Assembly: GCA_965204745.1 (NCBI GenBank)
Contig: OZ242010.1
Span: 1,920,001-1,984,000 of the forward strand
DNA: 64,000 bases
From: Candidatus Latescibacterota bacterium
Lineage (GTDB): Bacteria > Latescibacterota > UBA2968
Direction of reading: 5' to 3'
Positions within the stretch are counted from its first letter, which is position 1, and every line of letters begins with the position of its first letter. The translations under genes and the position numbers were made by a program. The notes beneath the pieces are model-generated. The model was given only the letters and a program-made list of their open reading frames with translations, was not told where the DNA came from and searched no databases. Shown piece after piece: positions 50,601 to 59,746 of the stretch.

Positions 50601-53055
50601 GGTTGATTTTACGTGGACGCCCGAAGATGATGTTGAAGGGGTTGTGTCGGAGGATAGTGATACGCTGACGCTTACCTCCAGCAGTGCGGCTACTGTGACA
50701 GTGTCGGCCAGTGCTGCTGACGACAAAATCACAGCCGACCCAATCACCATTCGGTTTACTGAACCTCAACCCCGACTTGTGTCGGATGTCGGTAACGCAG
50801 TCGTGATCCCACTTGCAGGTAGTGCTGTGGCGACGATTACAGCCATAGATTTCCCTGCTGGTGATGTGATTACGTTCGATGTAGATATAGTTACAGACGG
50901 TTCGGCTAAGGTTGAACAGTCGGCGGAAAATACTGTCCTGACCTTGACCGCTAGTGGTTCTGGTTCTGCTACTGTGACAGTGAGGGCCAGTTCTGGCGAA
51001 GGTGAGGACCTGATAACCGCCGCACCTGCGATCATTCAGTTTGATCCTCCTGGACCTCGACCTGCTCTGGTGTCGGATGTAGATGAATACGTGATTCCAC
51101 CTGATGGCGATGTTGTGGCGACGCTTACAGCCATGAATTTCCCCGAAGGTGCTACTATTGCGTTCAACTGGATAACAGTAGATGCAGAGGGGCCGGAAGT
51201 TACGATTGATGAGGGGTCAGAAGGTGCTGTTCTGACCTTGACCGCCAGTGGTTCTGGTACGGCAAAAGTTGAAGTGAGGGCAACTGATGGTGCGATCTCT
51301 GTTGCAGATACCATTCAGTTTATTCAGCCTTCCCTCATGCTCGCATCGGATGCAGAAGATAACCAAGTCTTGATTCCGCATAATGCCAGTGCGACGGTTA
51401 CGGTTACAGCCGAGGGTTCTCTTCCTACCGGTGCTACGGTTGATTTTACGTGGACGCCCGAAGATGGTGTTGAAGGGGTTGTGTCGGAGGATAGTGATAC
51501 GCTGACGCTTACCTCCAGCAGTGCGGCTACTGTGACAGTGTCGGCCAGTGCTGCTGACGGCAAAATCACAGCCGACCCAATCACCATTCGGTTTACTGAA
51601 CCTCAACCCCGACTTGTGTCGGATGTCGGTAACGCAGTCGTGATCCCACTTGCAGGTAGTGTTGTGGCGACGATTACAGCCATAGATTTCCCTGCCGATG
51701 CTGATGTTAAATTTGAACTGACAAAAGATGTAGACGAGTCGGTTACAATTGACCAGCAGATACGTCCCCGTGAAGTGGTTTTAACTGTCCAGGGTTCTGG
51801 TTCTGCTACTGTGACAGTGAGGGCCAGTTCTGGTGAAGGCGAGAATATGATCACCGCATCTGCTACCATTCGGTTTGATCACGCAAGGCTTGTGTCGGAT
51901 TCGGATGCAAATAAATATGTGATCCCACCTGATAGCAGTGTTGTAGCTACGATTACAGCAGTAGGTTTTCCTGAAGATGTTGGGATTACATATGAATGGG
52001 TTCGGGTTGTGGCAGATGGACCGGAAGTTACGATTGATGAGACGGTAGAAGGTGAAGTCCTGACCTTGACCGCCAGGGGTTCTGGTGAAGTTACTGTGAT
52101 GGTGCAGGGCACAGGGGGCGACATAACTCGTGAAATCACCATTCAGTTTGGTCAACCTCTACCTCCTGATCCTCCTGATCCTCCTGATCCTCCTGGTCTT
52201 AGTGTTGATCAAGATGTCTCGGATGAAATAGTCACTCTTCCGGGTGGTGGTATTCCTGCAAGAGTTCGGGTTACAGCAGAGAATTTCCCTGCCGATGCTG
52301 AGATTACATTCAGTGTGGAGAGTGTAGGTAACGCTACGGTTGAACATTCGCAGGATGGTGCTGTACTTACTCTGGAAGTTACTGGTCCTGGTGCGGCGAT
52401 TGTAACAGTGATGGCCACAGATGGCGCCACAACGTTTGAGAAAACCATTCAGTTTGACGAGCAGGTTGCCGTCGAATTGTCGTCTTTTGTCGGCGAGGTG
52501 GTCGAAAAGCGCGTGGTGCTCAACTGGGCGACGGTTTCGCAGACCAACAACGCGGGGTTCCGCGTGCTTCGCAGCACGGATCGGGAAACCTACGAAGTGG
52601 TCAGTGAATTGATCGCCGGTGCAGGTACGACCGATCAGTTGATGGATTACACGTTTGAAGATGCCGACTTGCCCGCTGTTGAACTCGTTTATTACGTGCT
52701 CGAGCAGATCGACATCGATGGCACGGTGCATCGTTCAGACCCCATCGAGGTGCTGTTGGGGGCGCGGTTCTTGTTGCCCACGGAATTTGCCTCGTCTGTT
52801 TATCCCAATCCGTTTAACCCGAGCACGACCATTTCCTACGATCTGCCCGTTGATGCCGATGTTTCTATCGTCATTTACGACGCGATTGGTCAGGAAATTC
52901 GTCAACTCGTCAGCGAGTATCGCGCAGCGGGTCGGTATAACGTCCGGTGGGATTCCAAAGACCATCTCGGTCGTAGCGTTGGTAGCGGCGTTTATATCGC
53001 CAAAATCAAGGCGGGTCAGCATACGGCCCTTCAAAAGATGTTGCTGTTGAAGTAA
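47632..53055 (+). CDS. 1807-aa acidic secreted surface protein with tandem ~90-aa Ig-like modules and FlgD/T9SS-type tail
   Basis: Signal peptide; repeated VLTLTASGSGSATVTV; DPP linkers; VELSSF..LNW; YPNPFNPSTTI.Y..GSGVY..KMLLLK. Confidence 0.85.
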   Translation: MLKKGLLFITALALLAFVGQASAGPNANAVLSLDIDASDNKMDDGNTSGTVEGAGTDVVVEVFITGLAGPISGGTLSFNTDMLTVKSVAVGAGFLLGTTDQTASIGILPAATLTNGHFATVTFTTASDVTGREFTVGASVNNLAAGDGSTDMLTAATSLTFNASTTQPPMPPTPPTPMPPTSTVGPALDIGTSSNGMNDGNVSINAEAGSTVVVEVFAGANLSPIGGGSITFSQAIGEVNFAQDNWQIVGGLKDGGKKVDFSALNGGLATLNAEGFLGAVSFTVASVPATISIEQLVLAFESGADTLSVSNVAVTILPPTQFRLTASEEMATIPYGGSAMITLTAEGFAEDAFIDFTVDPDVLERLAEGAVLTLTATSAATVTVTASVGEDSTNPVTVEFVEGPRPPHLISDRESPVTIPHDSSVTVTVTAVDFDGIVRWPDLPAGAEVRGNTVTLTVSDAATVTVMARDDSNNQDELTIEFLHAPYLEADTDMVLVHRDSSVATGMATVTAMGFDEDADINFTVEPMDAVVESQEGAVLTLTASDATTVMVTASDGRVTTSPISIEFQLDPYLRADKDSPVEIPPDSSVVVKVTAMDYPADANISFDSSQTSTEGDADTDLVEFNDDKYALLTVSGSGSTTVTVEATDGTTTRTVTVQFIQPVKLELSEELSDSLISTLKEGSVTGTVTALHFPDDAALDFGVEVVETEDGAEVESSQDGAVLTLIASGSGSATVTVTVSSDKYEHLTVDPITLQFIHPRLVADADSLIIEPGSTAVATIVAKDFPADADVKFELTKDVDESVTIDQQIRPREVVLTVQGSGSATVTVRASSGEGEDLITAAPAIIQFDPPDPPDPPDPPGPRPALVSDADEYVIPPDGDVVATLTAMNFPEGATIAFNWITVDAEGPEVTIDEGSEGAVLTLTASGSGTAKVEVRATDGAISVADTIQFIQPSLMLASDAEDNQVLIPHNASATVTVTAEGSLPTGATVDFTWTPEDDVEGVVSEDSDTLTLTSSSAATVTVSASAADDKITADPITIRFTEPQPRLVSDVGNAVVIPLAGSAVATITAIDFPAGDVITFDVDIVTDGSAKVEQSAENTVLTLTASGSGSATVTVRASSGEGEDLITAAPAIIQFDPPGPRPALVSDVDEYVIPPDGDVVATLTAMNFPEGATIAFNWITVDAEGPEVTIDEGSEGAVLTLTASGSGTAKVEVRATDGAISVADTIQFIQPSLMLASDAEDNQVLIPHNASATVTVTAEGSLPTGATVDFTWTPEDGVEGVVSEDSDTLTLTSSSAATVTVSASAADGKITADPITIRFTEPQPRLVSDVGNAVVIPLAGSVVATITAIDFPADADVKFELTKDVDESVTIDQQIRPREVVLTVQGSGSATVTVRASSGEGENMITASATIRFDHARLVSDSDANKYVIPPDSSVVATITAVGFPEDVGITYEWVRVVADGPEVTIDETVEGEVLTLTARGSGEVTVMVQGTGGDITREITIQFGQPLPPDPPDPPDPPGLSVDQDVSDEIVTLPGGGIPARVRVTAENFPADAEITFSVESVGNATVEHSQDGAVLTLEVTGPGAAIVTVMATDGATTFEKTIQFDEQVAVELSSFVGEVVEKRVVLNWATVSQTNNAGFRVLRSTDRETYEVVSELIAGAGTTDQLMDYTFEDADLPAVELVYYVLEQIDIDGTVHRSDPIEVLLGARFLLPTEFASSVYPNPFNPSTTISYDLPVDADVSIVIYDAIGQEIRQLVSEYRAAGRYNVRWDSKDHLGRSVGSGVYIAKIKAGQHTALQKMLLLK
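50092..51840 (+). repeat. Internal near-identical direct repeats (837-bp period plus a 1704-bp-offset module)
   Basis: ~50206-50860 vs ~51043-51697; ~49990-50130 vs ~51694-51834. Confidence 0.9.
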
Positions 53056-53073
53056 GTTGCTGTTAAGCGATTC

Positions 53074-53112
53074 AAAAAGGCCATTGGGCATATTGTCCAG
53101 TGGCCTTTTTTA
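53074..53112 (+). terminator. Rho-independent terminator
   Basis: AAAAAGGCCATTGGGCA..TGTCCAGTGGCCTTTTTT. Confidence 0.8.
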
Positions 53113-53252
53113 TTGCCATAAGGCAAAGGTAAAACTATATTCGGCGCGTTGTGAGGTGTAATCAGTCCAAGGCGATGGGCTTGCCGCTCGTTTTGCTGAC
53201 CGACGAGACGCGGAGCCCGAACCTTTATCTGAACGGACAAATTTGAAAGGAG

Positions 53253-54269
53253 ATGGCGATGGCGCAGAAAGTGCGAATGGGGTTGATTGGGTGTGGTGGT
53301 AATATGGGCGGGCATATTCGGCGGCTGATGGATATGTCGGATGTGGAGGTCGTGGCGTTGGTCGATCCGAGTGAGGCGAGTTTTGCGCGGTTGTTCGAGC
53401 GCGTGCCCCAAGCCGAGAAGTTGCCGCGATTTGCGGATCACGAGGAGATGCTCGCCACTGTGGAGATGGATGCGACCGAGATTTCAACACCGCATACCTT
53501 GCACTTTGAACAGATTATGGACAGTTTGGACAAGGGCCTGCATGTGTTGACGGAGAAGCCGATGGTTTGCTCGGTGGATCACGCGCTTCAGGTGATGGGT
53601 AAGGCAGAGGAAGTCAATCGCATTTTGATGGTGTCTTACCAGCGGCATTTTGCCCCGGCGTTTCGGTTTATTCGCAACCAGATTCGGGCCGGGGAACTCG
53701 GCGAGATTCAGTTTATACAGGCGATGCAAGACCAACACTGGTACGAAAATCAGCAGGGCAAATGGCGGCAGGTTCACGCCTTGTCGGGCGGGGGGCAACT
53801 CAATGATTCGGGTAGCCACTTATTGGATATCGTGCTGTGGATGGTGGATCAAGAACCTGAGCGCGTGTCGGCATTTATGGAGAATTTGGATACGGAAGTG
53901 GATGTCAATTCCGCGCTGTCAATCGCGTTTGCCAATGGCGCGTTGGCGAATTTTTCGATTGTGGGCACGGGCCCCGGGCCGGGGATGTGGGAAGACATTA
54001 CGATTTGGGGTAGCAAGGGCGCGATTTATTCTCGCAATGGCAAGGTGACGTGCAAGTACGGTGGCAAGGCCCCGGTGGAGGTCGATGCCGCTGGGTTGCC
54101 GTCTCGGTTTGTCAGCCCGGATCAAAATTTCGTGGATGCGATTTTGGGGCGCGATGAGGTTCAGGTGCCCCCGGTGTGCGGGTTGCGCGTGATCCAGTTG
54201 ACGGAAGCGGCGTGGGAATCCGCCGCAAAGGGCGGGCAACCGGTGCGCGTGAAGCGCGTGAGAGGGTGA
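53253..54269 (+). CDS. Gfo/Idh/MocA oxidoreductase
   Basis: IGCGG, STPHTLH, HVLTEKPM, GGGQLNDSGSHLLD. Confidence 0.92.
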   Translation: MAMAQKVRMGLIGCGGNMGGHIRRLMDMSDVEVVALVDPSEASFARLFERVPQAEKLPRFADHEEMLATVEMDATEISTPHTLHFEQIMDSLDKGLHVLTEKPMVCSVDHALQVMGKAEEVNRILMVSYQRHFAPAFRFIRNQIRAGELGEIQFIQAMQDQHWYENQQGKWRQVHALSGGGQLNDSGSHLLDIVLWMVDQEPERVSAFMENLDTEVDVNSALSIAFANGALANFSIVGTGPGPGMWEDITIWGSKGAIYSRNGKVTCKYGGKAPVEVDAAGLPSRFVSPDQNFVDAILGRDEVQVPPVCGLRVIQLTEAAWESAAKGGQPVRVKRVRG

Positions 54270-54303
54270 CGCAACAGGCGAGCAAAGAATTGGAGGTGGC
54301 GAT

Positions 54304-55320
54304 ATGAGGGCGTACACTGCATTGATCTCGTGTGTTTTTTTGCTGAACCTCTCGGATATTTCGGAGGTTCAGGCCCAACCCGTGACGTTGAAGCTCGACC
54401 ATCCAGAAGGGCGCACGGTGCAATACAAACACACGCATAGACTTTTTTATTTTAGCAATCAGGCCGAAATTTTGTTTGGCGTGCAGGAAATGGGGGCCGA
54501 TATCGACGATGAGGGCAATTTTAATTTTTCGTCGGATTTTTCGAGGGGCGCATCGTTTGAAATGGATATAAGCGGAGAATGGGTCAGCCGCGAAGTGGTG
54601 GTGCCCCTCGCAGAGGATCATCCCGATTCCTCGATGGAGGTGGCACGCATCAAGGCGACCATTTTGTCTGCGGACAGCCGCGCTGTTTTGGCGGGTGATC
54701 GGTTGACGTATGAACAATATCCAGATACGTTTGAAAAATTCAAAGATCGGGAGTTTGTTTGGTTTGTCGATTCAGAAGGCCAGATACTCAATTTTGAACC
54801 CGAATTTTACCCCCACAGGCTCGGGCGCGAGGATCTGGTGACAGACCTTTTTCTCGCCTGGGTTCCCGAATACAGTTTGACCCTGCCAGATAAACCCATT
54901 TCCAAAGGCGATACTTGGGATGGAGAGGGTGTTTTCAGCCGGCGAATCGAGTATCGCCGGTTGTCCAATCAAGATGTATTCCTAAACTATAAGAGCACGT
55001 ATCGCGTCAAAGACATCAAAAGGAGCAAAAAGAGGGTTGAAGTTAAAATCGAGGAGACACGAGAGGTTTCTTACAAGACGTGGATCGACCTTAAAAGGGC
55101 CTCCTTTGTCGTTGATGGCAAAGGCTCGGGCAATGGGGAATGGGTCCTTGACGCGACGCGGGGATTGGTCTTGGAGCACAAAGTGAAGTTCGACGTCAAC
55201 CGCCCAAAGGTGATGAAAGGGTTTGTCGATGCCGAAGGCAATCTCGCTGTAATTCCCGATATGGTGGCTGAAATAAAGATAAATTTTGAACGCAAACTCA
55301 AGAAAATAGAAAAAGAGTAA
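54304..55320 (+). CDS. Secreted hypothetical protein
   Basis: Signal peptide, LPDKPISKGDTW motif, RBS GGAGG. Confidence 0.7.
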   Translation: MRAYTALISCVFLLNLSDISEVQAQPVTLKLDHPEGRTVQYKHTHRLFYFSNQAEILFGVQEMGADIDDEGNFNFSSDFSRGASFEMDISGEWVSREVVVPLAEDHPDSSMEVARIKATILSADSRAVLAGDRLTYEQYPDTFEKFKDREFVWFVDSEGQILNFEPEFYPHRLGREDLVTDLFLAWVPEYSLTLPDKPISKGDTWDGEGVFSRRIEYRRLSNQDVFLNYKSTYRVKDIKRSKKRVEVKIEETREVSYKTWIDLKRASFVVDGKGSGNGEWVLDATRGLVLEHKVKFDVNRPKVMKGFVDAEGNLAVIPDMVAEIKINFERKLKKIEKE

Positions 55321-55335
55321 GCGACCCTCTGATAA

Positions 55336-55590
55336 CGGGGGCCGGGGGGTAGGTCCCATTAAAACGGGACCTACCCCCCAACCCCCGTTACTTGCTTCGC
55401 TTCGTTGTAGGCTACGCCTGTGCCTGCGAGGAAGGGGGGAACGAGGATCGGTTTTGCGAGGGATGGGGTGAGGGATTTTTAATCGCTTTATGCCCTCTGT
55501 CAACGCGCCATCAGAGTAGCTATTGATATAAGCCTTCAAAGGAGCTTTGCTCCCCTTTCCTCGTAGGAAAGGGGCCGGGGGATAGGTCCC
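55336..55590. repeat. REPIN-like element, copy 4 (plus a half unit)
   Basis: GGGACCTACCCC ... GGGGATAGGTCCC. Confidence 0.82.
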
Positions 55591-55617
55591 AAAAAAAATC
55601 GTTGAAATGGAGAGCCG

Positions 55618-56088
55618 ATGAAATCATTGGCGTATTTTCCCGAAACCGATACGCTTCACATCACATTGAGTTCGACGCCTGCCTCTGGTGGCGCGGAAAA
55701 TGCCGGCGCAGATGGCGAACATCAAGATGTGATTCTGTCCTATAATGATAGAGACAAATTGGTCTCTATCACGATTGAAAATGCCAGTACAGGCGTCGAT
55801 CTCGATGACATCCTTTCGGGGCGCGGAAAAATTGTACGCGGCGAAACCGAAGTCATTTATTCGGTTTCAGAACTGGCGGGAAAATTGGACATAATACCAC
55901 GCGCATTACGCAAGATCATCCATTCGATGCGGGCTTCGGGAATCCAGGTCGGCAGACGACGAGGGCCCACCTATCCCATGATTTTGTCTGAACAGGACGC
56001 ACAAAAAATTGTGCAATGGCGCGATGCACATCCAAAAGACTGGCAGAAACTGGCGCGTAATGCGTCTAAACCGTGGAAAAATTTTTAG
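55618..56088 (+). CDS. DUF2283-like domain fused to an HTH
   Basis: Y.PETDTL.I.L...VIL.Y....LVSI.I.NAS; YSVSELA..L.I....LR. Confidence 0.6.
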   Translation: MKSLAYFPETDTLHITLSSTPASGGAENAGADGEHQDVILSYNDRDKLVSITIENASTGVDLDDILSGRGKIVRGETEVIYSVSELAGKLDIIPRALRKIIHSMRASGIQVGRRRGPTYPMILSEQDAQKIVQWRDAHPKDWQKLARNASKPWKNF

Positions 56089-56147
56089 GCTGGGTGGCAT
56101 TGCAAATCCCAAAGTTAGTCCATTCCGATCCCGGAAGGGAGGTATCC

Positions 56148-57857
56148 GTGATTCATACCAACGATTCTGATCGGCCGCGCAAGTCCCCTGAAGATTTTCT
56201 TCAGGATTATGTGGATATGCAGCACACGTTTCAGTCCTTGTCGATTATCGACCAAATTTTGATGACGATGGATGAACGAGATCGGCGGCGGCCCTTGTTG
56301 TACCAGCTTCGGCGCCAACTTCAGGAAGACGAGATCACGTTTGAAGAGGCCCGGCGCACCATTGTCGAGTTGGAAGGCGCGCTGGAGAAAGTGACCGCGC
56401 CTGCCAATCGCGTGGGCACGCTGTTGTCGCCTGCGGAGAATGGCGTTGCCTATATTACGGTGGGTGGGGCAGAGTATTATGCCAATGTGGATACGCGGTT
56501 GGACGAGCGCGATTTGAAGGTGGGCACGCGGGTGCTGGTCAATGAGGCATTTGCCGTGGTGGGGGATATGGGCGAGTCGCCGTCCGGAACCGTGGGCAAA
56601 ATTGTCAATGTGCTCGATGACGGGCGTTTGCTGGTGGGGCAAGACCACGGCTCTCAGTCGCATGTGCTGTTGCGCGGCGCGGATTTGGAGGCCGAGGCTT
56701 TGAAGGCCGGAGAGGAGGTTCGCATCGACCCGCAGTTTCGCGTTGCGCTAGAGAAGATGGCGCAGTCGGAGGTCGAGGATTATTATTTGGAGGAAGTTCC
56801 CGACTTGCCATGGAAAAAAATAGGCGGGCACGAGGATGCGATTCAAGCGATTAAAGATACGATTGAGATGCCGGTGTTGCACCCCGAGTTGTTCGAGCGG
56901 TTTCAGTACAGCACGCCCAAGGGCTTTTTGCTGTACGGCCCGCCGGGATGTGGCAAGACCCTGATCGGGAAGGCCACGGCGTACAATCTCGAGAAGCAGG
57001 TGCAGGAAGACGGGTTGGATCTCAAGGCGTGTTTTATGCACATTAAGGGGCCCGAGATTTTGAACATGTGGTTGGGGGAATCCGAGCGCAAGGTGCGCGA
57101 GATTTTTGCACAAGCGCGTGAAAAGCGGCGCGAGGGGTTTTTGCCAGTGGTGTTTATCGACGAGGCCGAGTCCGTGTTGGGCACGCGGCGGGCGATTCGG
57201 TCGCCCAATATTTCCAATACGGTCGTGCCCATGTTTTGCTCGGAGATGGATGGGATCGAGTCGTTGCAAGATGTGGTGATTATTTTGACGTCCAATCGCC
57301 CGGATTTGATCGATCCCGCGATTTTGCGCCCGGGGCGGATCGACCGCAAGATCAAGGTGAATCGACCGGAGGAGGATGCCGCAGGCGAGATTTTGGGCAT
57401 TTATTTGACACCCGATTTGCCAATCGCCAAGGCCGAGTTGGACGCGCACAATGGCGACGCAACGGCCGCGGTTGACGATCTCGTGGCGCGCACTATCGCC
57501 GAGATTTTTGCCAAGCGAGATGATACGCGCTTTTTGGAGGTCACGCTTCGGAGCGGGCGAAAAGAGGTGTTGAGCCGCGGGGATTTATGTAGCGGGGCCA
57601 TTCTCGAGTCGATAGTGAAACGCGCTAAGGAGATCGCGATTAAGCGGTCCATTGCGGTCGGCGCGGAAAAGGGGATCGGCTTTGACGATATGCTCGCGGC
57701 GGTTGAGACCGAGTACGGCGAGAATGAAATTTTCCCGCCGACTGACAATACCGAAGACTGGTTGAAGTTGCTCGATTACGATCCCGAAAACGTGGTGCGC
57801 GCAATGCCTGTCCGCCCAAGGCGATCACAACGCATTCAGCGACAGAGCGTGATTTGA
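56148..57857 (+). CDS. arc: Proteasomal AAA ATPase (ARC/Mpa)
   Basis: Coiled coil, YGPPGCGKTL, IKGPEILN, FIDEAES, NRPDLIDPAILRPGRIDRKI. Confidence 0.92.
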   Translation: MIHTNDSDRPRKSPEDFLQDYVDMQHTFQSLSIIDQILMTMDERDRRRPLLYQLRRQLQEDEITFEEARRTIVELEGALEKVTAPANRVGTLLSPAENGVAYITVGGAEYYANVDTRLDERDLKVGTRVLVNEAFAVVGDMGESPSGTVGKIVNVLDDGRLLVGQDHGSQSHVLLRGADLEAEALKAGEEVRIDPQFRVALEKMAQSEVEDYYLEEVPDLPWKKIGGHEDAIQAIKDTIEMPVLHPELFERFQYSTPKGFLLYGPPGCGKTLIGKATAYNLEKQVQEDGLDLKACFMHIKGPEILNMWLGESERKVREIFAQAREKRREGFLPVVFIDEAESVLGTRRAIRSPNISNTVVPMFCSEMDGIESLQDVVIILTSNRPDLIDPAILRPGRIDRKIKVNRPEEDAAGEILGIYLTPDLPIAKAELDAHNGDATAAVDDLVARTIAEIFAKRDDTRFLEVTLRSGRKEVLSRGDLCSGAILESIVKRAKEIAIKRSIAVGAEKGIGFDDMLAAVETEYGENEIFPPTDNTEDWLKLLDYDPENVVRAMPVRPRRSQRIQRQSVI

Positions 57858-57871
57858 GGTGAGACGGGATT

Positions 57872-57958
57872 TTAGCCACAAAAGGCACGAGCGGGGTACA
57901 ACTGGCGATAGCCAGTTCAAAGGCACAAAAGGGGTACAATGGCGATAGCCAGTTCAAA
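57872..57958 (+). repeat. Hairpin repeat + nonamers between arc and dop
   Basis: Same family as 1551, 18739, 33369. Confidence 0.8.
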
Positions 57959-58005
57959 TCTTACCTCTCCCCGAAGGGGGTTGGGCGGGGTGGAAACTGA
58001 CCACT

Positions 58006-59559
58006 ATGAAACGTTTATTTGGCTTGGAAACGGAATACGGCATCACGATTGACGGCGTGGATACGGTCGATGTCGTCGAGGAATCGATGCAGTTGATTCG
58101 GTGCTATCAACAAGACCCGTTTGTGCCGCTGTGGGATTATCAACTGGAAAATCCGCGCAGGGATGATCGGGGGTTCGAGGTGAAGAATCTGTTGAATGAC
58201 GCCGATGAAAAGGTGCATGTACAACGCGACCGCAAGCGCAAAATTGCGTTTGCAGAATTGAAGAGCGATTTGATCATTTACAATGGCGCGCGGTTTTACA
58301 ACGATCATACGCATCCCGAGTTTTCCACAGGTGAGTGCTTGGGGCTGTTTGAACTCGTGGCGCAGGACAAGGCCGGAGAGCGCGTGGTCGATATTTGCGC
58401 GCGCAGGCGCACGGAGATGCTCGATAGGGGCACGGTGCGGATGTATAAGAACAATACGGATTTTGAAGGGCATAGCTACGGGTGTCACGAAAATTATTTG
58501 ATGGATCGCGCGGTGCCGTTCGAGCGGATCTTGGCGGGGTTGTTGCCGTTTTTTGCGACGCGGCAAATTTATTGCGGCGCGGGCAAGGTGGGCGTGGAGC
58601 GGGAAGACAGGGCGGCGATTTACCAACTGTCGCAGCGCGCGGAATTTTTTGAGGTGATCGCGAGCGTGGATACGATGCACAAGCGGCCCGTGGTCAATAC
58701 GCGCGATGAACCCCACGCAGATGCTACGCGCTACCGCCGGTTGCATGTGATTGTGGGCGATGCGAATATGTCGGAATACGCCACCGCGCTCAAGGTGGGG
58801 ACGACGGCATTGGTGATCGATTTGATCGAGGCCAATTATTTGCCGGATTACCGGCTCAAAGATCCGATTGCGGCGATGAAGAATATCGCGCGGGATCAAA
58901 CCCATGAGTGGTTGGTGGAAGTCGAGGGGGCGGGCAATCGCTTGGTGCCAGCGGTTGAGATTCAGGATGCGTTTTTGACTTTGGCCCGCCGCGAGTTTGC
59001 AGGGCGCGACCGAGAGACGGATTGGGTGTTGGCGGCGTGGGATGATGTGCTGGAAAAATTGCGCCGCGATCCGAATGATCTGGTGGGCACCTGCGATTGG
59101 GTGACGAAGAAGTGGCTGATTGACCGGTTTTGCGACGAGGAAAATTTGGCGTGGGACAATCCCGACGATTTGTTCTGGATGCAGAGTCAGGATTTGGAAT
59201 ACAGCAATGTGGATCGAGAATCCGGGTTGTACTATTTGTTGGAATCCCAAGGGTATATGGTGCGACTGGTGGGGGATGATGAGATCGCCACGGCGATGTC
59301 CGAACCCCCTTCGGGCACGCGGGCGTATTTTCGGGGGCGCAGTTTGGAAAAGTTCGGGGAATACGTGTCGTCGATCAATTGGGATCGCATCGTGTTTAAG
59401 CACAATGGGCGCCAGCATCCGGTAGATATGAAGCTGTTGGTGGATGCCGAGCGCGTGCGGCATTACAATGACGTGTTGGATCAGGCAGAGACTTTGGAGG
59501 CTTTTTTGCAGGCTTTGCACGAGGTGGAGCGTTTTCTTAAGGAGGCCGGAGATGGATAA
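58006..59559 (+). CDS. dop: Depupylase/deamidase Dop-like
   Basis: GLETEYG, NGARFYNDHTHPE, KNNTD..SYGCHENY, NTRDEPHAD. Confidence 0.85.
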   Translation: MKRLFGLETEYGITIDGVDTVDVVEESMQLIRCYQQDPFVPLWDYQLENPRRDDRGFEVKNLLNDADEKVHVQRDRKRKIAFAELKSDLIIYNGARFYNDHTHPEFSTGECLGLFELVAQDKAGERVVDICARRRTEMLDRGTVRMYKNNTDFEGHSYGCHENYLMDRAVPFERILAGLLPFFATRQIYCGAGKVGVEREDRAAIYQLSQRAEFFEVIASVDTMHKRPVVNTRDEPHADATRYRRLHVIVGDANMSEYATALKVGTTALVIDLIEANYLPDYRLKDPIAAMKNIARDQTHEWLVEVEGAGNRLVPAVEIQDAFLTLARREFAGRDRETDWVLAAWDDVLEKLRRDPNDLVGTCDWVTKKWLIDRFCDEENLAWDNPDDLFWMQSQDLEYSNVDRESGLYYLLESQGYMVRLVGDDEIATAMSEPPSGTRAYFRGRSLEKFGEYVSSINWDRIVFKHNGRQHPVDMKLLVDAERVRHYNDVLDQAETLEAFLQALHEVERFLKEAGDG

Positions 59560-59743
59560 GGGCATGCAGTATGAGCGACGGACAAAACCCGTTGCCCCAG
59601 GTGGCCCCGGTCCGGGGGATGATGGCGATAGCGGCCCGGCGCGGCCAAAGGTGGAGCGGCCGGATACGCGCGATTTGATGCGGCGCATGCGGCGCGTGGA
59701 TCCCAATCAGGCGCGGCGGTATCGCCAGCGAACAGGCGAGTAG
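59552..59743 (+). CDS. ubact: Ubiquitin-like modifier UBact (Pup homolog)
   Basis: RBS AAGGAGG; disordered G/P-rich N-terminus; RRMRRVDPNQARRYRQRTGE. Confidence 0.9.
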   Translation: MDKGMQYERRTKPVAPGGPGPGDDGDSGPARPKVERPDTRDLMRRMRRVDPNQARRYRQRTGE

Positions 59744-59746
59744 CCC

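Noticed and set aside
50206-51697. Diversity-generating retroelement TR/VR pair
   Set aside because: The few differences include C/T changes rather than adenine-specific ones, the repeat is an in-frame module duplication, and there is no RT
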